A DNA stretch of 64,000 nucleotides, taken from the NCBI GenBank assembly GCA_965246715.1, contig CBDFFH010000051.1:128001-192000 (forward strand). Reading direction: 5' to 3'. The DNA comes from Chamaesiphon sp. (GTDB lineage: Bacteria > Cyanobacteriota > Cyanobacteriia > Cyanobacteriales > Chamaesiphonaceae). This document shows, in pieces, positions 30,791-40,899 of the stretch (positions are counted from its first letter, which is position 1; the number at the start of each line of letters is the position of its first letter). The position numbers and the translations under genes were made by a program. Under the pieces are notes generated by a model. The model had not been told where the DNA came from. It did no database searches and worked only from the letters and a program-made list of their open reading frames with translations.

Positions 30791-31951
30791 ATGGCTAAAT
30801 GGGATGCAGGCAGGTTTTTAAATACCGTCAGCTATTTTGAGGCGATTCCGATCGTCAGCGATCTGCGCCGTTGGCTGACAGGTGGAGCGGGTAGTCAAGT
30901 TACCAATAATCATGGAGGGAGAGCTTTGGGCGTGGTATTGGTAGTTGGTGCGACGAGTGAAATTGGCGAATTAGTCGTCCAGCAATCAGTAAAAAGTGGC
31001 TATCGAGTTAGAGCCATACTTTCCGACCTAACCTTAATTCCATTTAGTGTACCCACAAATGTCGAGTTCGTACAGGCACAACTCGATCGGCCAGACACGC
31101 TTACCCCAGCGCTGATGCAGGGAGTTCGAGCGATTATCGTTTGTCCCGAGCCGCAGAGTGCCCGCTCTACATCAGCATTACAGAATTTAATTACGGCTGC
31201 GATCGCCCATTTATCTCCAGCGCATAACTTACAACTGTTTGATTTTACCCAACCCACTACCGATCTCCAAGCTACTTGGGGCGCTGTCGATGATGTGGTG
31301 ATGGGTGGAGTCAGTGAGAGCGGCATTCGGTTGATGTCTGGATATGCTGATTTTAGTGGCAATGTTTCGACCGATAATTCTGGGGGATTTGCGTCGGTAC
31401 GGACGCGTAATTTCGATCCTAGTCTCGATCTGAGTTACTATCGTGGCATCGAATTTCGAGTTAAGGGCGACGGACAAAGATACAAAATTTTCGTCCGCAC
31501 TGAGGCTAAATGGGATGGGATTGGCTATGCTCACTCGTTCGATACCGTCCCGGATGAATGGATGACTGTGCGAGTGCCCTTTCGCGATTTAGTCCCGATC
31601 TTTCGAGCCAAAACCGTTAAAGATGCCCAGCCGATCGATTTGAGTCAAATTTGTTCGATACAGTTGATGTTAAGTAAATTTGAATACGATAGTCAACTAA
31701 ATCCTCACTTCAAACCAGGCTTATTTTCACTTCAAATCGAATCAATTTCGGCCTATGACGGACAAATTACGCCGCAGTTAGTTTTAGTCGAGCCATCACA
31801 ACTCGATCCGGCTCTGACAGCTACACTCCAAGCTACTAAATTACCATACTCGATCGTCAAATCTGAGATCTTAGATCCGCAAATGGTCGCTTTGATTTGT
31901 GTAAAATCGCTGACTCAACCAGAAACTGTCGGCCAAATTTTAGGGCGTTAG
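30791..31951 (+). CDS. CIA30/NDUFAF1 domain protein with NAD(P)-binding-like flanks
   Basis: WGAVDDVVMGGVSES, NSGGFASVRT, VKGDGQRYK, LSKFEYD. Confidence 0.85.
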   Translation: MAKWDAGRFLNTVSYFEAIPIVSDLRRWLTGGAGSQVTNNHGGRALGVVLVVGATSEIGELVVQQSVKSGYRVRAILSDLTLIPFSVPTNVEFVQAQLDRPDTLTPALMQGVRAIIVCPEPQSARSTSALQNLITAAIAHLSPAHNLQLFDFTQPTTDLQATWGAVDDVVMGGVSESGIRLMSGYADFSGNVSTDNSGGFASVRTRNFDPSLDLSYYRGIEFRVKGDGQRYKIFVRTEAKWDGIGYAHSFDTVPDEWMTVRVPFRDLVPIFRAKTVKDAQPIDLSQICSIQLMLSKFEYDSQLNPHFKPGLFSLQIESISAYDGQITPQLVLVEPSQLDPALTATLQATKLPYSIVKSEILDPQMVALICVKSLTQPETVGQILGR

Positions 31952-32111
31952 GCTGGGGTTCACCTGACATTGCAACATTCGGATCTAATCTACGTCCGAG
32001 ATGATTACCCGATCGAGAATCTGATGTTCTCGATTTGGTGAATCGTGTCAGAGTATAATCGATCGCGGTCTAGTAATCGTCAGCCCAATATAGCGCGGGA
32101 TAGTAGATATC

Positions 32112-33239
32112 ATGAAATCGAGCAACATTAATAGTGGAATTGTCAGCATCATGTGTGCGACTAGCCTCGTGCTAGCCATCGCCATCCCTGCAGTGACAGT
32201 CACACCACCGGCGAAAACTACCCCCGCGCCTAAAACTCCCCTCCCGACTGAGAAGAAACTAACCCCTACAGCTACTCCAGTACCTAAAGTCTCACCGCCG
32301 ACAGCTACTCCGACTAACCCGACTACCGCTACACCCACACCGACAACTACTCAACCGCTGGTTATCGTCCCCACGCTGACACCAGTCACTTTCAAAGACT
32401 TCACCAATCTCTACGGAAAATTATTAGAAGTCAAACTTACTCCCAATCAACAACGTAAAATACAGCAGCGGATAAGTAGGGAATGGATGACAAATCTCGG
32501 ATTGCGAAACACTGTGACACAAACAATTGCGCTAGAACCACAAATTGTCAATGGTACGCCAGTAGAGCGCAGTCAACTTCAAGCTAGATTAGTCGGAAAT
32601 CTCCGCCAACAGGTATTAGATGGCGACACCGATGCACTGTGGTTGGTGACATTCTACGATGCCTCATCCAAAAATTGGTTGGCACCCGGACAGCCACCAT
32701 TAACACGGATGACGACCGACATCAGTGCGGATGCGCTGTGTTTTATGGTTAACGAAGTCATGGGTAAATCGTTAGCTACACCCGATCCCAAACTCAAAAA
32801 TGCGATCGCGACTAAACTCACCGCTGAATACGCCAAAATCCCAGTAACTACCAAACAAGAACTCTCGCAATTGCCAACAAATTGGTTGAAATTTAAGGAT
32901 AGTCAATGGTTCCGCAGAGGTGATGATTTCCGCGAACAAATGCGCGTTCATTGGGGTCAAAATCTCGAAGCTTATATTCCCGAACTGCGTGAAATTAGTA
33001 AACTCAGACGCGATCGAATGGCGAAGATCAAAGCAGATCCGACAATTAAATGGGGCAGTCTTAATCCAATCCAACGCCAAGCAGCAATCCAAAAAACTGA
33101 AATAGATTTTCAGAATAGCCTCCGCACGATCCCCCAAGTAAAAACATTACCATTAACCGATCGGGTTGCAGCAATGCAGGTAGCTAGTGCTATTGGGAAT
33201 TCACCCATGAGCTACTCACTCAGGTTAAAAGTAAAATAG
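32112..33239 (+). CDS. Hypothetical exported protein with Pro/Thr-rich linker
   Basis: Hydrophobic N-terminus then a ~60-aa PT-rich tract; 375-aa ORF. Confidence 0.65.
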   Translation: MKSSNINSGIVSIMCATSLVLAIAIPAVTVTPPAKTTPAPKTPLPTEKKLTPTATPVPKVSPPTATPTNPTTATPTPTTTQPLVIVPTLTPVTFKDFTNLYGKLLEVKLTPNQQRKIQQRISREWMTNLGLRNTVTQTIALEPQIVNGTPVERSQLQARLVGNLRQQVLDGDTDALWLVTFYDASSKNWLAPGQPPLTRMTTDISADALCFMVNEVMGKSLATPDPKLKNAIATKLTAEYAKIPVTTKQELSQLPTNWLKFKDSQWFRRGDDFREQMRVHWGQNLEAYIPELREISKLRRDRMAKIKADPTIKWGSLNPIQRQAAIQKTEIDFQNSLRTIPQVKTLPLTDRVAAMQVASAIGNSPMSYSLRLKVK

Positions 33240-33258
33240 CGGTAGTCTTTGGTACGAG

Positions 33259-33366
33259 TAAGTAGGTAGGTGAAATTATTTATAAAATAGATTATGCCTG
33301 AAAACTAGCTGGTGGGCAGTGCCCACCCTACGCGATATCTTATATTTAATTACGCCCATCTACTTA
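33259..33366. mobile_element. TA-flanked MITE
   Basis: taagtaggtaggtgaaatta / taattacgcccatctactta imperfect TIR; same TIR family at 36325-36500. Confidence 0.7.
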
Positions 33367-33470
33367 TTCGTAAGATTGCATTAGCTTCAACCTTGATATG
33401 GACAGTTCCCACCCGCCAAACTTAGATATTCCTGAGACATTTTAGATTCGATCGTTTTATAACCTTTGCT

Positions 33471-33866
33471 ATGCGCCTTTATCGTCCAGTTGGTTTCCAG
33501 GAACTAGAGCTAATTATAAATAGCGGTTTTTCAGCTTTTCCACCCAGACTATCCTTTCAACCAATTTTTTATCCCGTCCTCAATCTAGATTATGCAATTC
33601 AAATCGCCCGAGATTGGAATACTAACGATCCAACTTCAGAATTTGCTGGCTTTGTAACTGAATTTGATGTTGACGATCTATATATCTTGCAATATCCGAT
33701 TCAAGTTGTTGGTAACAGCCACATCCATCAAGAGCTATGGATCCCTGCGGAAAACTTAGCCGAATTCAACCGACATATTATCGATAAGATCCAGGTAGTA
33801 GCTGCTTATTATGGCGATCGATTTACCGCTCCGATCGATCCCAAGACTAACTTACCCATGATGTAG
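33471..33866 (+). CDS. Conserved hypothetical protein (family often labelled ADP-ribosylation/crystallin J1)
   Basis: LYRPVG..EL.LI, FPPRL..QPIFYPVLN..YA.QIARDWN, HQELWIPAE. Confidence 0.7.
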   Translation: MRLYRPVGFQELELIINSGFSAFPPRLSFQPIFYPVLNLDYAIQIARDWNTNDPTSEFAGFVTEFDVDDLYILQYPIQVVGNSHIHQELWIPAENLAEFNRHIIDKIQVVAAYYGDRFTAPIDPKTNLPMM

Positions 33867-33930
33867 CAAGAAACCATAGTCGATCGGCCATTCGGTAATT
33901 CATAACTTATAACTTATAATTCATAATTTA

Positions 33931-34908
33931 ATGCGTATTCTTGTAACTGGTGCTAGTGGTTGTGTCGGACATTATGTGAGCGAAACCCTAATTCAAAATA
34001 CCGACCACGAACTGTTTTTATTCGTTCGCAATCCAGCGAAGTTAACAGTAGATATCACCGCCCGTCCCGGCATTCATGTCGTCCAGGTGGATATGCAGGA
34101 GATCGAACAGCAAGCTGAATTACTCAAAACAATCGATGTCGCAGTCCTGACTGCGGCTGGCTGGGGCGGACAGGAAGCCTTTGATATTAACTATACAAAA
34201 ACTCACATCTTACTAGACTTGCTCGATCCGCAAGTATGCCAGCAAACGATTTATTTCTCGACTGAAAGCGTACTCGATCGCGAGAACCAATTACTACCAG
34301 AAGCAGGTAAAATCGGTACGGACTATATCATGTCCAAATATCAATGCTTAGATAAATTAACGCGAGCAGCACATGCACCCGATGGAGCTGGGAGTATTGC
34401 CGCAAAAATTACCACAGTCTTCCCGACACTAGTCTTGGGTGGCGATGGCAACAAGCCTTACTCCTACCTCTCTGCTGACTTACCAAATGTTGCTAAATAC
34501 GTTGGATTGTTGCAGTGGTTTAGCGCGGATGGTAGTTTTCACTTTATTCATGCCAAAGATATCGCCGAAGTCGTCAGACATCTGATCGCCCATCCGGAAA
34601 TTGCCGATAAATTCGATCGACGGATCGTGTTAGGAAATAAATCTGTTACTGCCAATGAAGGAATTCGGGAAATCTGTGCCTACTTCGGTAAAAAAAGCCC
34701 GTTTCAAATTCCGTTGTCGATCTCGCTGGCAAACTTCTTCATTAAAGTATTTAAGATTCAAATGGCCGAATGGGATCGGTTTTGTCTCAATTATCGACAT
34801 TTTACTCACGTCAATATCGTTAGTCCGGCAACATTTGGACTGCCGACCTATGCTCCAACCATTACAGATATCTTCCGCACGCGGGGGATTGTCAGCCCAA
34901 AAAATTAA
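33931..34908 (+). CDS. NAD-dependent epimerase/dehydratase
   Basis: VTGASGCVG, YIMSK, SFHFIHAKDIA. Confidence 0.85.
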   Translation: MRILVTGASGCVGHYVSETLIQNTDHELFLFVRNPAKLTVDITARPGIHVVQVDMQEIEQQAELLKTIDVAVLTAAGWGGQEAFDINYTKTHILLDLLDPQVCQQTIYFSTESVLDRENQLLPEAGKIGTDYIMSKYQCLDKLTRAAHAPDGAGSIAAKITTVFPTLVLGGDGNKPYSYLSADLPNVAKYVGLLQWFSADGSFHFIHAKDIAEVVRHLIAHPEIADKFDRRIVLGNKSVTANEGIREICAYFGKKSPFQIPLSISLANFFIKVFKIQMAEWDRFCLNYRHFTHVNIVSPATFGLPTYAPTITDIFRTRGIVSPKN

Positions 34909-34911
34909 GCG

Positions 34912-36327
34912 ATGAAAGTTGCCTACATCTTCGGATTCCCCTTACTCGTATTAACATTAGTGCAGCGATCGATCGCCTTACCGTTTCGCGAGATTGCCAA
35001 AATTGCCGAGCCTGTCACCGTACTGATTAATAATAGTAATGCCAGTCAAGGATCGGGAGTAATTATCAAGCATGAAGGAAAGCAATATACCGTGCTAACT
35101 GCGGCACATGTGTTATGTGGCAAAGATTATTATAACGGCTGTAATCGCAGTACGAGTTATACGATCGCTACTACCGATAGACAATATTCAGGCAATATTA
35201 GTAATATCAAACTATTACCAGAAAGATTAGATTTAGCATTAATTAAGTTTAATAGCGATCGCACTTACCCAGTCGCAAAAATAGGTGACTCTAACCAATT
35301 AGCAATTGGGATGTCTGCTTATGTTGCTGGATTTCCAGTACCAACAACCGCAATTGAAAAATCAATTTTCATCACCCATGAAGGTAGAATTGTTGCCGTA
35401 GCAAGTGGCAACCGTCGCATCAATAAAAATGGTTATGGCACCATTTATAATACAACTACTTTGCCAGGGATGAGCGGTGGTGGGGTATTTAACGATCGCG
35501 GCGAACTAATTGCTATTCATGGACAAGGAGATCGCGATCCGGAGACTGGGAGTAAAACTGGGAATAATCTCGGCATCCCAATCGAGAGTTTTGTTCGCTT
35601 AGCTAGTAAAGTCGGGATCGACACTACTAATTCTACCGTCGCAATTGCCGCACCGAAGACAGCCGATGATTACGTAATTACTGGGGTTGGTAAATATTAT
35701 GATGGCAATAAACAAGGAAGTATAGCCGATTTTAGTAAAGCGATTCAACTCGATACTAAGTCAGCACTCGCATTTTATCAACGTGGATCTATTCGCAGCA
35801 GTCTGGGTTTAAAACAAGCAGCACTTACCGATCTTACTCGCGCGATCGAGCTACAGCCAAATTATACCAAAGCTTACTATCGGAGAGGGCTAGTCAGAGC
35901 GGAATTAGACGATCTCAATGGTGCCTTAAGCGATTTCGATCGAGCGATTCGGCTCAATCCTGACTATCTTCAGGCTTATCTCGAACGCGGGCTGATTCGC
36001 GATAAGTTGGGGAATTTTACTGGGGCAATCTCTGATTACACGGTAGCGATTAAACTCGATACCAAACAGGCACATCTTTATTATTGGCGCGGATTGGCTC
36101 ACTATAGTTTAGGAAATAAAAAAGCAGCGCTCGGGGATTACGATCGGGCAATTCAACTCAATCGGAATTATGCAATCTGTTATTATCAACGCGGGATCGC
36201 CCGTTCTGAGCTTCAGGATAAGCAGGGAGCTACGAGCGATCTTCGCCAAGCCGCCAGGATATTTCAGATGCTGGGAAATACGGCTTTTTACCAAGAAGTT
36301 ACTAGTTTATTAGAACGAATGCAGTAA
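34912..36327 (+). CDS. Trypsin-like serine protease with C-terminal TPR repeats
   Basis: GSGVII, LTAAHV, DLAL, GMSGGGV catalytic triad; several TPRs. Confidence 0.88.
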   Translation: MKVAYIFGFPLLVLTLVQRSIALPFREIAKIAEPVTVLINNSNASQGSGVIIKHEGKQYTVLTAAHVLCGKDYYNGCNRSTSYTIATTDRQYSGNISNIKLLPERLDLALIKFNSDRTYPVAKIGDSNQLAIGMSAYVAGFPVPTTAIEKSIFITHEGRIVAVASGNRRINKNGYGTIYNTTTLPGMSGGGVFNDRGELIAIHGQGDRDPETGSKTGNNLGIPIESFVRLASKVGIDTTNSTVAIAAPKTADDYVITGVGKYYDGNKQGSIADFSKAIQLDTKSALAFYQRGSIRSSLGLKQAALTDLTRAIELQPNYTKAYYRRGLVRAELDDLNGALSDFDRAIRLNPDYLQAYLERGLIRDKLGNFTGAISDYTVAIKLDTKQAHLYYWRGLAHYSLGNKKAALGDYDRAIQLNRNYAICYYQRGIARSELQDKQGATSDLRQAARIFQMLGNTAFYQEVTSLLERMQ

Positions 36328-36500
36328 GTAGGTATGTGGAATTAAATGTGAGATGCCAGCCTTTTGCCCTCACCCCCCAGCCCCTCTCTCAAGTTTGGGA
36401 GAGGGGAGCCAATCTTAGCCCCTTCTCCCAGTATTGGGAGAAGGGGGTTGGGGATGAGGGCGATTTCATCATTGTCAGTTTAATTACGCCCACCTACTTA
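36325..36500. mobile_element. TA-flanked MITE with long internal GC-rich hairpin
   Basis: taagtaggtatgtggaatta / taattacgcccacctactta; interior gccctcacccccc...ggggatgagggc; left end overlaps the TAA stop of the protease gene. Confidence 0.75.
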
Positions 36501-36551
36501 ACAGCAGCAAAAGCATCACTAAAAATCGATCGCCAGTATATCCGATGGATA

Positions 36552-36770
36552 CTAGTTGTGCGAAGCAAGATAGGGTGGCAGTTTATAGTTGGCTCGATTC
36601 TGTTGCTTTTGCCGAGTGAGTGCTACTTTTTGGAGGCGTGTTCGTTCTTGAACGGGATGTAACTGCGGTAGATGGCGCGTATTCAGTGCTTTGGCAAATT
36701 CTCTATTCGATCGATCGATGGCTGCAAGATGTGGGTCGAGAGTACAGATGATGTGGCGGAGGAGATTCAT
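36552..36770 (-). CDS. Small hypothetical protein
   Basis: 72-aa ATG-initiated ORF only. Confidence 0.35.
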   Translation of the reverse strand: MNLLRHIICTLDPHLAAIDRSNREFAKALNTRHLPQLHPVQERTRLQKVALTRQKQQNRANYKLPPYLASHN

Positions 36771-36956
36771 AGCTGGATAATTTTTTAAATACTTCTACTA
36801 GACGTGACTGCTGCGATCTGAGGCTCTGGGACTATTGCATGAAACGGAGCGGGATAAATATCGAGCATGTAAGTACTAATGTATCACAAGATGGCAATAG
36901 TTTGAGCTAAAATCGTCACCAAAATCGCCCCAGCATTATTCAGGCTAGGATACTCC

Positions 36957-37077
36957 CAATACTTCTCGGTTAATCTAAAAACTAGTTAGTCCGCGTATGC
37001 AGGCTGTTGCCGCTCGCGGCAACAACCGGACTTGGCTTCAACTTCAGTCGCTAGCAGTTCTTAACCGAGAAGTATTG
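36957..37077. mobile_element. MITE, inverted copy of 8114-8243
   Basis: Same 17-bp TIR; 10-bp TSD aggatactcc at 36947-36956 and 37078-37087; 9-bp internal deletion relative to the 8114 copy. Confidence 0.92.
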
Positions 37078-37179
37078 AGGATACTCCACCATTCGGGACA
37101 ATCTATCGTAGTTGTTCTTCGATCGATTGGCATTCGCGCTGGTTAGCTGGAATCTCCGTGGGAATCGGGCGTTACTTAA

Positions 37180-37319
37180 TAGACCTGTTGCGGAATAAAC
37201 CCTGAAAATCCTTCAACCTGGCTCAGGGCAAGTCTTTAAGCGTTTTCAACGCTAAGATGCTCAAACTTAATCTGTGCAAGGGTTTGAGCGATTCTAAATA
37301 CTATTTCGCAACAGGTCTA
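37180..37319. mobile_element. TA-flanked MITE
   Basis: tagacctgttgcggaata / tatttcgcaacaggtcta; right end coincides with the stop codon of the adjacent minus-strand ORF. Confidence 0.72.
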
Positions 37320-37694
37320 ATGTTTTACATCTGGCTTTGGAGAAGATTTTAGCTTGTTTTTAGGAGTGACAGAGAATTCATAATTGAGAAATTCGCCTTG
37401 AACTTCTTTCTTTCCAGATACAAATTCTTTGACTCGATCGAGATTTTCGGTAGTAAATGGATTGCCGATCGTCAGGTGAATGACATTTTTAAAATTGCTG
37501 TTCCCGGCTTGCTCCTGGCCGATTCTGGAAGTAATTTCGATCGCGACCGCTTGATGCTCGTTGCCACTCCAGGCAAACTTTACCCTCGTACATACAGCAA
37601 TCGCCGTGAGAATCAGGAACATCCAGATATAAGTATTAGAATTGTCAACAGGTGGTTTGACAACCTTCGGCTTCTCGGCAGGTTTGGTGGACAT
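37317..37694 (-). CDS. Hypothetical single-TM protein
   Basis: 125-aa ORF with one hydrophobic segment (YIWMFLILTAIAVC). Confidence 0.55.
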   Translation of the reverse strand: MSTKPAEKPKVVKPPVDNSNTYIWMFLILTAIAVCTRVKFAWSGNEHQAVAIEITSRIGQEQAGNSNFKNVIHLTIGNPFTTENLDRVKEFVSGKKEVQGEFLNYEFSVTPKNKLKSSPKPDVKH

Positions 37695-37818
37695 CAGAAG
37701 AAACTAATGAGATGACGGGGTAGTAGCATTTTTATTCCAGGCGTGGCACCAATCGATCGAGATCGATCCACAGCGCCTAGTTGCTGAATATATTACTATG
37801 ATTCCCGCGCTCGATCGC

Positions 37819-39315
37819 CTATTTCCAATCGGTTGCTTGTTGGTGGATGGTGGCTAGTTCTGTGGGGGAAATTTTGTCGAGATTTTTGAGGATGAGTCCC
37901 ATTCTGCCTTGAGATTGCAATTTTTCTTGATGTCTGGCGAGAAAATCCCAGTAGAAATAATTGAACGGACAAGCATTCTCGCCAATGCGTTCTTTTGGAT
38001 TGTACTGGCAACTAGCGCAGTAGTCGCTCATCTTGTTAATGTAATTCGCTGAGGCGGCATAGGGTTTTGAGGCGAGGATCCCACCATCGGCAAAGACACC
38101 CATCCCCAAGACATTAGTTTGCATCACCCAATCATAGGCATCGATAAAGGCGGCATGAAACCAGTTTTCGATCGCTTGGGGATTCAATCCCGCGATTAGG
38201 GCGAAGTTACTCAAAATCATCAATCTTTGGATGTGGTGAGCGTAGCCGATCTCTTCTACTTGGGTGAGAGTTTGGTGCAAGCAGTTCATTTTTGCTGTGC
38301 TTGCATCCCAAAAAAATGCCGGTAAAGGTCGATCGTGTCCGAACCAATTAAGTTGAAAATAGTCATCATCGACGCGCTGATAGATGCCATGCATGTATTC
38401 ACGCCAGCCAAGAATTTGGCGAATCAATCCCTCAACGCTATTGAGATCCAAGTCGCGATTGTGATACGCGGTTTCGACACGCTGAATTACTTCTAAGGGA
38501 GTTAATAATCCGATATTTAAATATGGCGATATTAAGGCATGCCACATCGTGGTTTGTCCCGTTATCATCGCATCTTGATATGGCCCAAAGGTAGGAAGTC
38601 GGCGATCGATAAAGTCATCCAGTACTTGTAGTGCTTCGGCTCTAGTTACGCCCCAGTCGAAAGATTCAAGTTTGCCATAAGTGGGAATATCTAAATTTTG
38701 CACTTTGGCGATTACTTCACTAGTAATTTCATCTGGGGTAAATTTTAGGGGCGCTGGTGGATTTAATTTACCTTTGGGTGGTTGGCGGTTTTCTTTATCG
38801 AGATTCCACTTACCACCGATCGGTTGTGCTCCATTCATCAAAATATTGAATTTCTGTCTGCCAGCTCGATAGAAATACTCCATTACTAGCCCTTTACGGC
38901 TCTGTGTCCAGTCTTCAAATTCTGTGATACTCCAGAGAAAATGATTGTCAGCAATTAGTTCGATCGAGCAAGGTAAATCGAGCGCGGCAATTAGTTTACC
39001 AAATGTTCGCTCTGCTGGCTTAACAACCCGCAATTCGGTGATATTTTGCTCCTTTATCCAGACCGATAAAGCGGTATGAAAATCATCAGCGATCGCATAT
39101 TTCACCTGCCAGCCAGCTTGCTCTAATTCAGCAGCAAAATGGCGCATCGCCGACCAAACTAAGACTAACTTCTGTTTGTGATACAGCCGATCGCGAACGT
39201 GTTTTAATGACTCGATCATAATTATCGGTGTCTGAGCTTTTAGCTCCTGACGACTCTGCAATGCTGCTTGATTGAGATTTAATCGATCGCCCAGAATCCA
39301 AATACCGATTGTCAT
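37819..39315 (-). CDS. FeS-BCP class cryptochrome/(6-4) photolyase (PhrB/CryB-like)
   Basis: ILGDRL, HKQKL, FGPYQDAM, GYAHHIQRLM, SKPYAASANYINKMSDYC..C and ACPF Fe-S cysteines. Confidence 0.9.
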   Translation of the reverse strand: MTIGIWILGDRLNLNQAALQSRQELKAQTPIIMIESLKHVRDRLYHKQKLVLVWSAMRHFAAELEQAGWQVKYAIADDFHTALSVWIKEQNITELRVVKPAERTFGKLIAALDLPCSIELIADNHFLWSITEFEDWTQSRKGLVMEYFYRAGRQKFNILMNGAQPIGGKWNLDKENRQPPKGKLNPPAPLKFTPDEITSEVIAKVQNLDIPTYGKLESFDWGVTRAEALQVLDDFIDRRLPTFGPYQDAMITGQTTMWHALISPYLNIGLLTPLEVIQRVETAYHNRDLDLNSVEGLIRQILGWREYMHGIYQRVDDDYFQLNWFGHDRPLPAFFWDASTAKMNCLHQTLTQVEEIGYAHHIQRLMILSNFALIAGLNPQAIENWFHAAFIDAYDWVMQTNVLGMGVFADGGILASKPYAASANYINKMSDYCASCQYNPKERIGENACPFNYFYWDFLARHQEKLQSQGRMGLILKNLDKISPTELATIHQQATDWK

Positions 39316-39551
39316 AAAAGATGAATCTTCAAATCTTAATTGTATCTAACTCGATCTCGTCAATTTCATGCTACTAGCGATCGAGATAAGTTTTGCTTAA
39401 AAATCATCGGTAGATATCGATAGTTACTTGCATAAATCTACTCGTAAGAATTTTAAATTAATGCTAGCAAGTAGTGAATGGAAGACCTCGATATTTTTAA
39501 GTCTACAATAAATTACTTTAATCCGGGGTAGGGCGTGCTAAAACGACCGCA

Positions 39552-40481
39552 TTAGCGGGGAATCAGATCGGCACTATAGCGATCGATAATTTCTCGTCCT
39601 TCAGCGATCGCAAAATCTAAGAAAGTCTGCGCCGCTACCGATAGCTGTTTGCCAGAGGGATAAATCACATACCAATGACGCTGAATCGGGAAGCCTTCGA
39701 CATCAAGAATAGTCAGTAGTCCATCGCTATCTTCTAGCGCGAGAGCGTGTTGTGAGAGGACAGAAATACCCAATTCACCAGCGATCGCTTGTTTGATCGC
39801 CTCGTTGCTACTCAGTTCGACGATCGTTTTTACGGCAACGCGATTTTCAGCTAAAAATTGCTCGACGACTAAGCGCGTTCCCGAACCGGCTTCGCGAAAA
39901 ATAAAGGGTTCGAGGGCGAGTTGTTTGAGCGGAATATGTTTCTCCTTGGCTAGTGGGTGATTGGATGAAGCGACTACCACCAGAGGATTTTCGAGGATCG
40001 GGCGCAGTTGGATGTCCAAGTCTTTTGGCGGTCTGCCAGTGAAATAGAGATCGTCTTGATTATGAGCTAATCTCGCCAGTACGCCTTCTTGATTGGTGAT
40101 TTGGAGATTTAATTCGATGTCGGGATGTTTGCGGTGAAAGGTGCCAAGTAGACGTGGGACGAAGTACTTAGCCGTGGTGCTGGCAACGAGATTGATGCGT
40201 CCTTGTTTGAGTCCTTTGAGTTCGTCGATGACAATCTCTAATTGAGCGAAGCGTTCGGAGATCGTCGAGCTGGCGGAGAGAACTTCTTTGCCGGCGGCGG
40301 TGAGGTGTACTTGTTTGCCGAGTTGCTCGAATAATGGCATCCCGATCGTTGATGTGAGCCGCTTGATCTGTTGGGAAATTGTGGGTTGAGTCAGATCGAG
40401 TTCTTCGGCAGCACGGGTAAAACTACCGTGTTTGGCGATCGCTTCGAGGATCTGGAGTTGGTGTAGCGTCGCTTGTTTCAT
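39552..40481 (-). CDS. cmpR: LysR regulator of the CbbR/CmpR class
   Basis: ATLHQL, SFTRAAEEL.LTQPT, STTAKYFVPRLLG, REAGSGTR; divergent from cmpA. Confidence 0.85.
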   Translation of the reverse strand: MKQATLHQLQILEAIAKHGSFTRAAEELDLTQPTISQQIKRLTSTIGMPLFEQLGKQVHLTAAGKEVLSASSTISERFAQLEIVIDELKGLKQGRINLVASTTAKYFVPRLLGTFHRKHPDIELNLQITNQEGVLARLAHNQDDLYFTGRPPKDLDIQLRPILENPLVVVASSNHPLAKEKHIPLKQLALEPFIFREAGSGTRLVVEQFLAENRVAVKTIVELSSNEAIKQAIAGELGISVLSQHALALEDSDGLLTILDVEGFPIQRHWYVIYPSGKQLSVAAQTFLDFAIAEGREIIDRYSADLIPR

Positions 40482-40510
40482 AGCTGTTATCTGGCTCAGT
40501 CAGACTTACG

Positions 40511-40829
40511 ATAGATATTTATTATCATCTTAGCTTAGGTTTTGCGACAAGTACTAATGGATGGATACAGTGCGATCGATTAGACAAATCGACAAAATCT
40601 ATGAGTAAGATAAGAAATTTAGGCTTTTCTCTATGCACTTTTAGCTGTATTATCGAAATATCGACTTCAGGAGCAACAATCTTAGCAAATTTGCTGGTGG
40701 GAATCGCGATCTAGCGATCCCAATCGTATCGACAATAATTTTAATTTTGATAGATTTTGTCTATGACATTTTAAATGCCAACTATAAATAAATTGATAGT
40801 TGTATGCCAATTTCATAGAGCATATCGAT
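40511..40829. promoter_or_regulatory. Cluster of LysR T-N11-A boxes (ATAG-N7-CTAT-like) in the cmpR-cmpA divergent promoter
   Basis: Perfect ATAG-attttgt-CTAT at 40750-40764; variants at 40511-40525, 40588-40602, 40815-40829. Confidence 0.6.
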
Positions 40830-40899
40830 AATTAATCCCCCGAATTACTGACCATCATCCATCGCAATCGATCGTTATCACATCCCAGGAACAGACATC

